Below, one piece after another: positions 7,183-7,788 of a stretch of 7,788 nucleotides of DNA. This stretch comes from Octopus sinensis (taxonomy: Eukaryota): assembly GCF_006345805.1 (NCBI RefSeq), contig NW_021828758.1, positions 1 to 7,788 of the forward strand, written 5' to 3'. Each line of letters starts with the position of its first letter. Within the stretch, counting starts at the first letter, position 1. Made by a program: the position numbers and the translations under genes. The notes under the pieces are model-generated. The model did not search any database, was not told where the DNA came from, and saw only the letters and a list, made by a program, of their open reading frames with translations.

Positions 7183-7467
7183 CTGGTCAGACCTGGCTGC
7201 GGACCGTGATGTCTGGCAACACACGACCTTCAAAGCAGTCAGCAAGTTTGAGGAACAAAGAAGAGACGCACTTAAAGACGCAGGAGGAAGGCGCAAGCCG
7301 CCTCTGACAGCACACCGGATGTTACCTTCGTCTGTGGACACTGCTCACGTACCTGCCTTTACCATATCGGACTTGTCAGTCATGAGCGTGCATGCACGCT
7401 ACGTGGACAGCCTTCCTGATCTTCGTTCGCGAAGCCGAGCCATGATGATGATGATGATGATGAGATG
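7181..7467 (+). mobile_element. 5'-truncated RTE-clade LINE 3' end (ORF C-terminus, short 3' UTR, (ATG)n tail), frameshifted
   Basis: One frame gives SWSDLAADRDVWQHTTFKAVSKFEEQRRDALKD (7181-7279). After a net -1 shift the next gives RRRKAQAASDSTPDVTFVCGHCSRTCLYHIGLVSHERACTLRGQPS*, stopping at 7417-7419. The W..LA.DR..W motif, basic linker and C-x2-C-x12-H-x3-C finger are typical of RTE/BovB-like ORF ends. They are followed by TCTTCGTTCGCGAAGCCGAGCC and (ATG)7 (7442-7462). Confidence 0.88.
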
Positions 7468-7529
<62 letters not shown>

Positions 7530-7578
7530 TATATATATGTATATATACACACATATGTATATTATAAATATATGCATA
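7468..7578. repeat. (TA)n tract right of the RTE fragment
   Basis: Direct reading. Confidence 0.95.
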
Positions 7579-7788
7579 TCTATATATATAAAACTGTAGT
7601 TGTGTGAGTGTCTGTCTCCTACGATTTAGATTCCTAACTACTCCCACATTTTGCGGTGCAGTTTAACCAAATTCGGGTATCTTATAGTCGTGATTCATAT
7701 CGAGCCCGTCTGGGTATTAGCGCGCGTCTACGATGAGACTGCGATTTTAAAATAATTTAACATCATTTTTTATTCCATTTTAATGCAT
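7579..7788 (+). mobile_element. Probable non-autonomous Helitron 5' end, running off the window
   Basis: A|TC junction at 7578/7579, followed by TCTATATATATAAAACTGTAGTTGTGTGAGTGTCTGTC, the typical start of animal non-autonomous Helitrons. The 3' hairpin and CTRR end are not in the window. Confidence 0.55.

Noticed and set aside
7013-7468. 151-aa ORF as a gene
   Set aside because: The N-terminus is (TA)n read-through and the C-terminal part is out of frame with the real RTE coding remnant.
1-7788. CRISPR array, operon or other prokaryotic system
   Set aside because: There is no repeat-spacer periodicity and no gene-dense coding. The content is typical eukaryotic repeat DNA.

Overview
AT-rich, microsatellite-dense eukaryotic non-coding DNA, either intergenic or intronic. 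The repeat content matches my recollection of octopod (Octopus-like) cephalopod genomes; this is not a database result. No host protein-coding gene, rRNA, true tRNA or CRISPR array is supported, and nearly all listed ORFs are read-throughs of simple repeats. The window is mostly transposon remnants: (i) a near full-length tRNA-derived SINE (4773-5157, minus) with a TSD; (ii) four copies of a second SINE family, one with a TSD; (iii) two or three fragments of a third SINE family; (iv) a 5'-truncated RTE-clade LINE 3' end inside a (TA)n tract; (v) a rearranged mariner-derived fragment; (vi) a probable Helitron 5' end; (vii) Penelope-like relics, one with a degenerate minimal hammerhead-ribozyme layout. 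The most notable features are that hammerhead-like relic, a nested inverted SINE cluster (3388-4136), a head-to-head SINE pair, and a perfect 25-bp palindrome.
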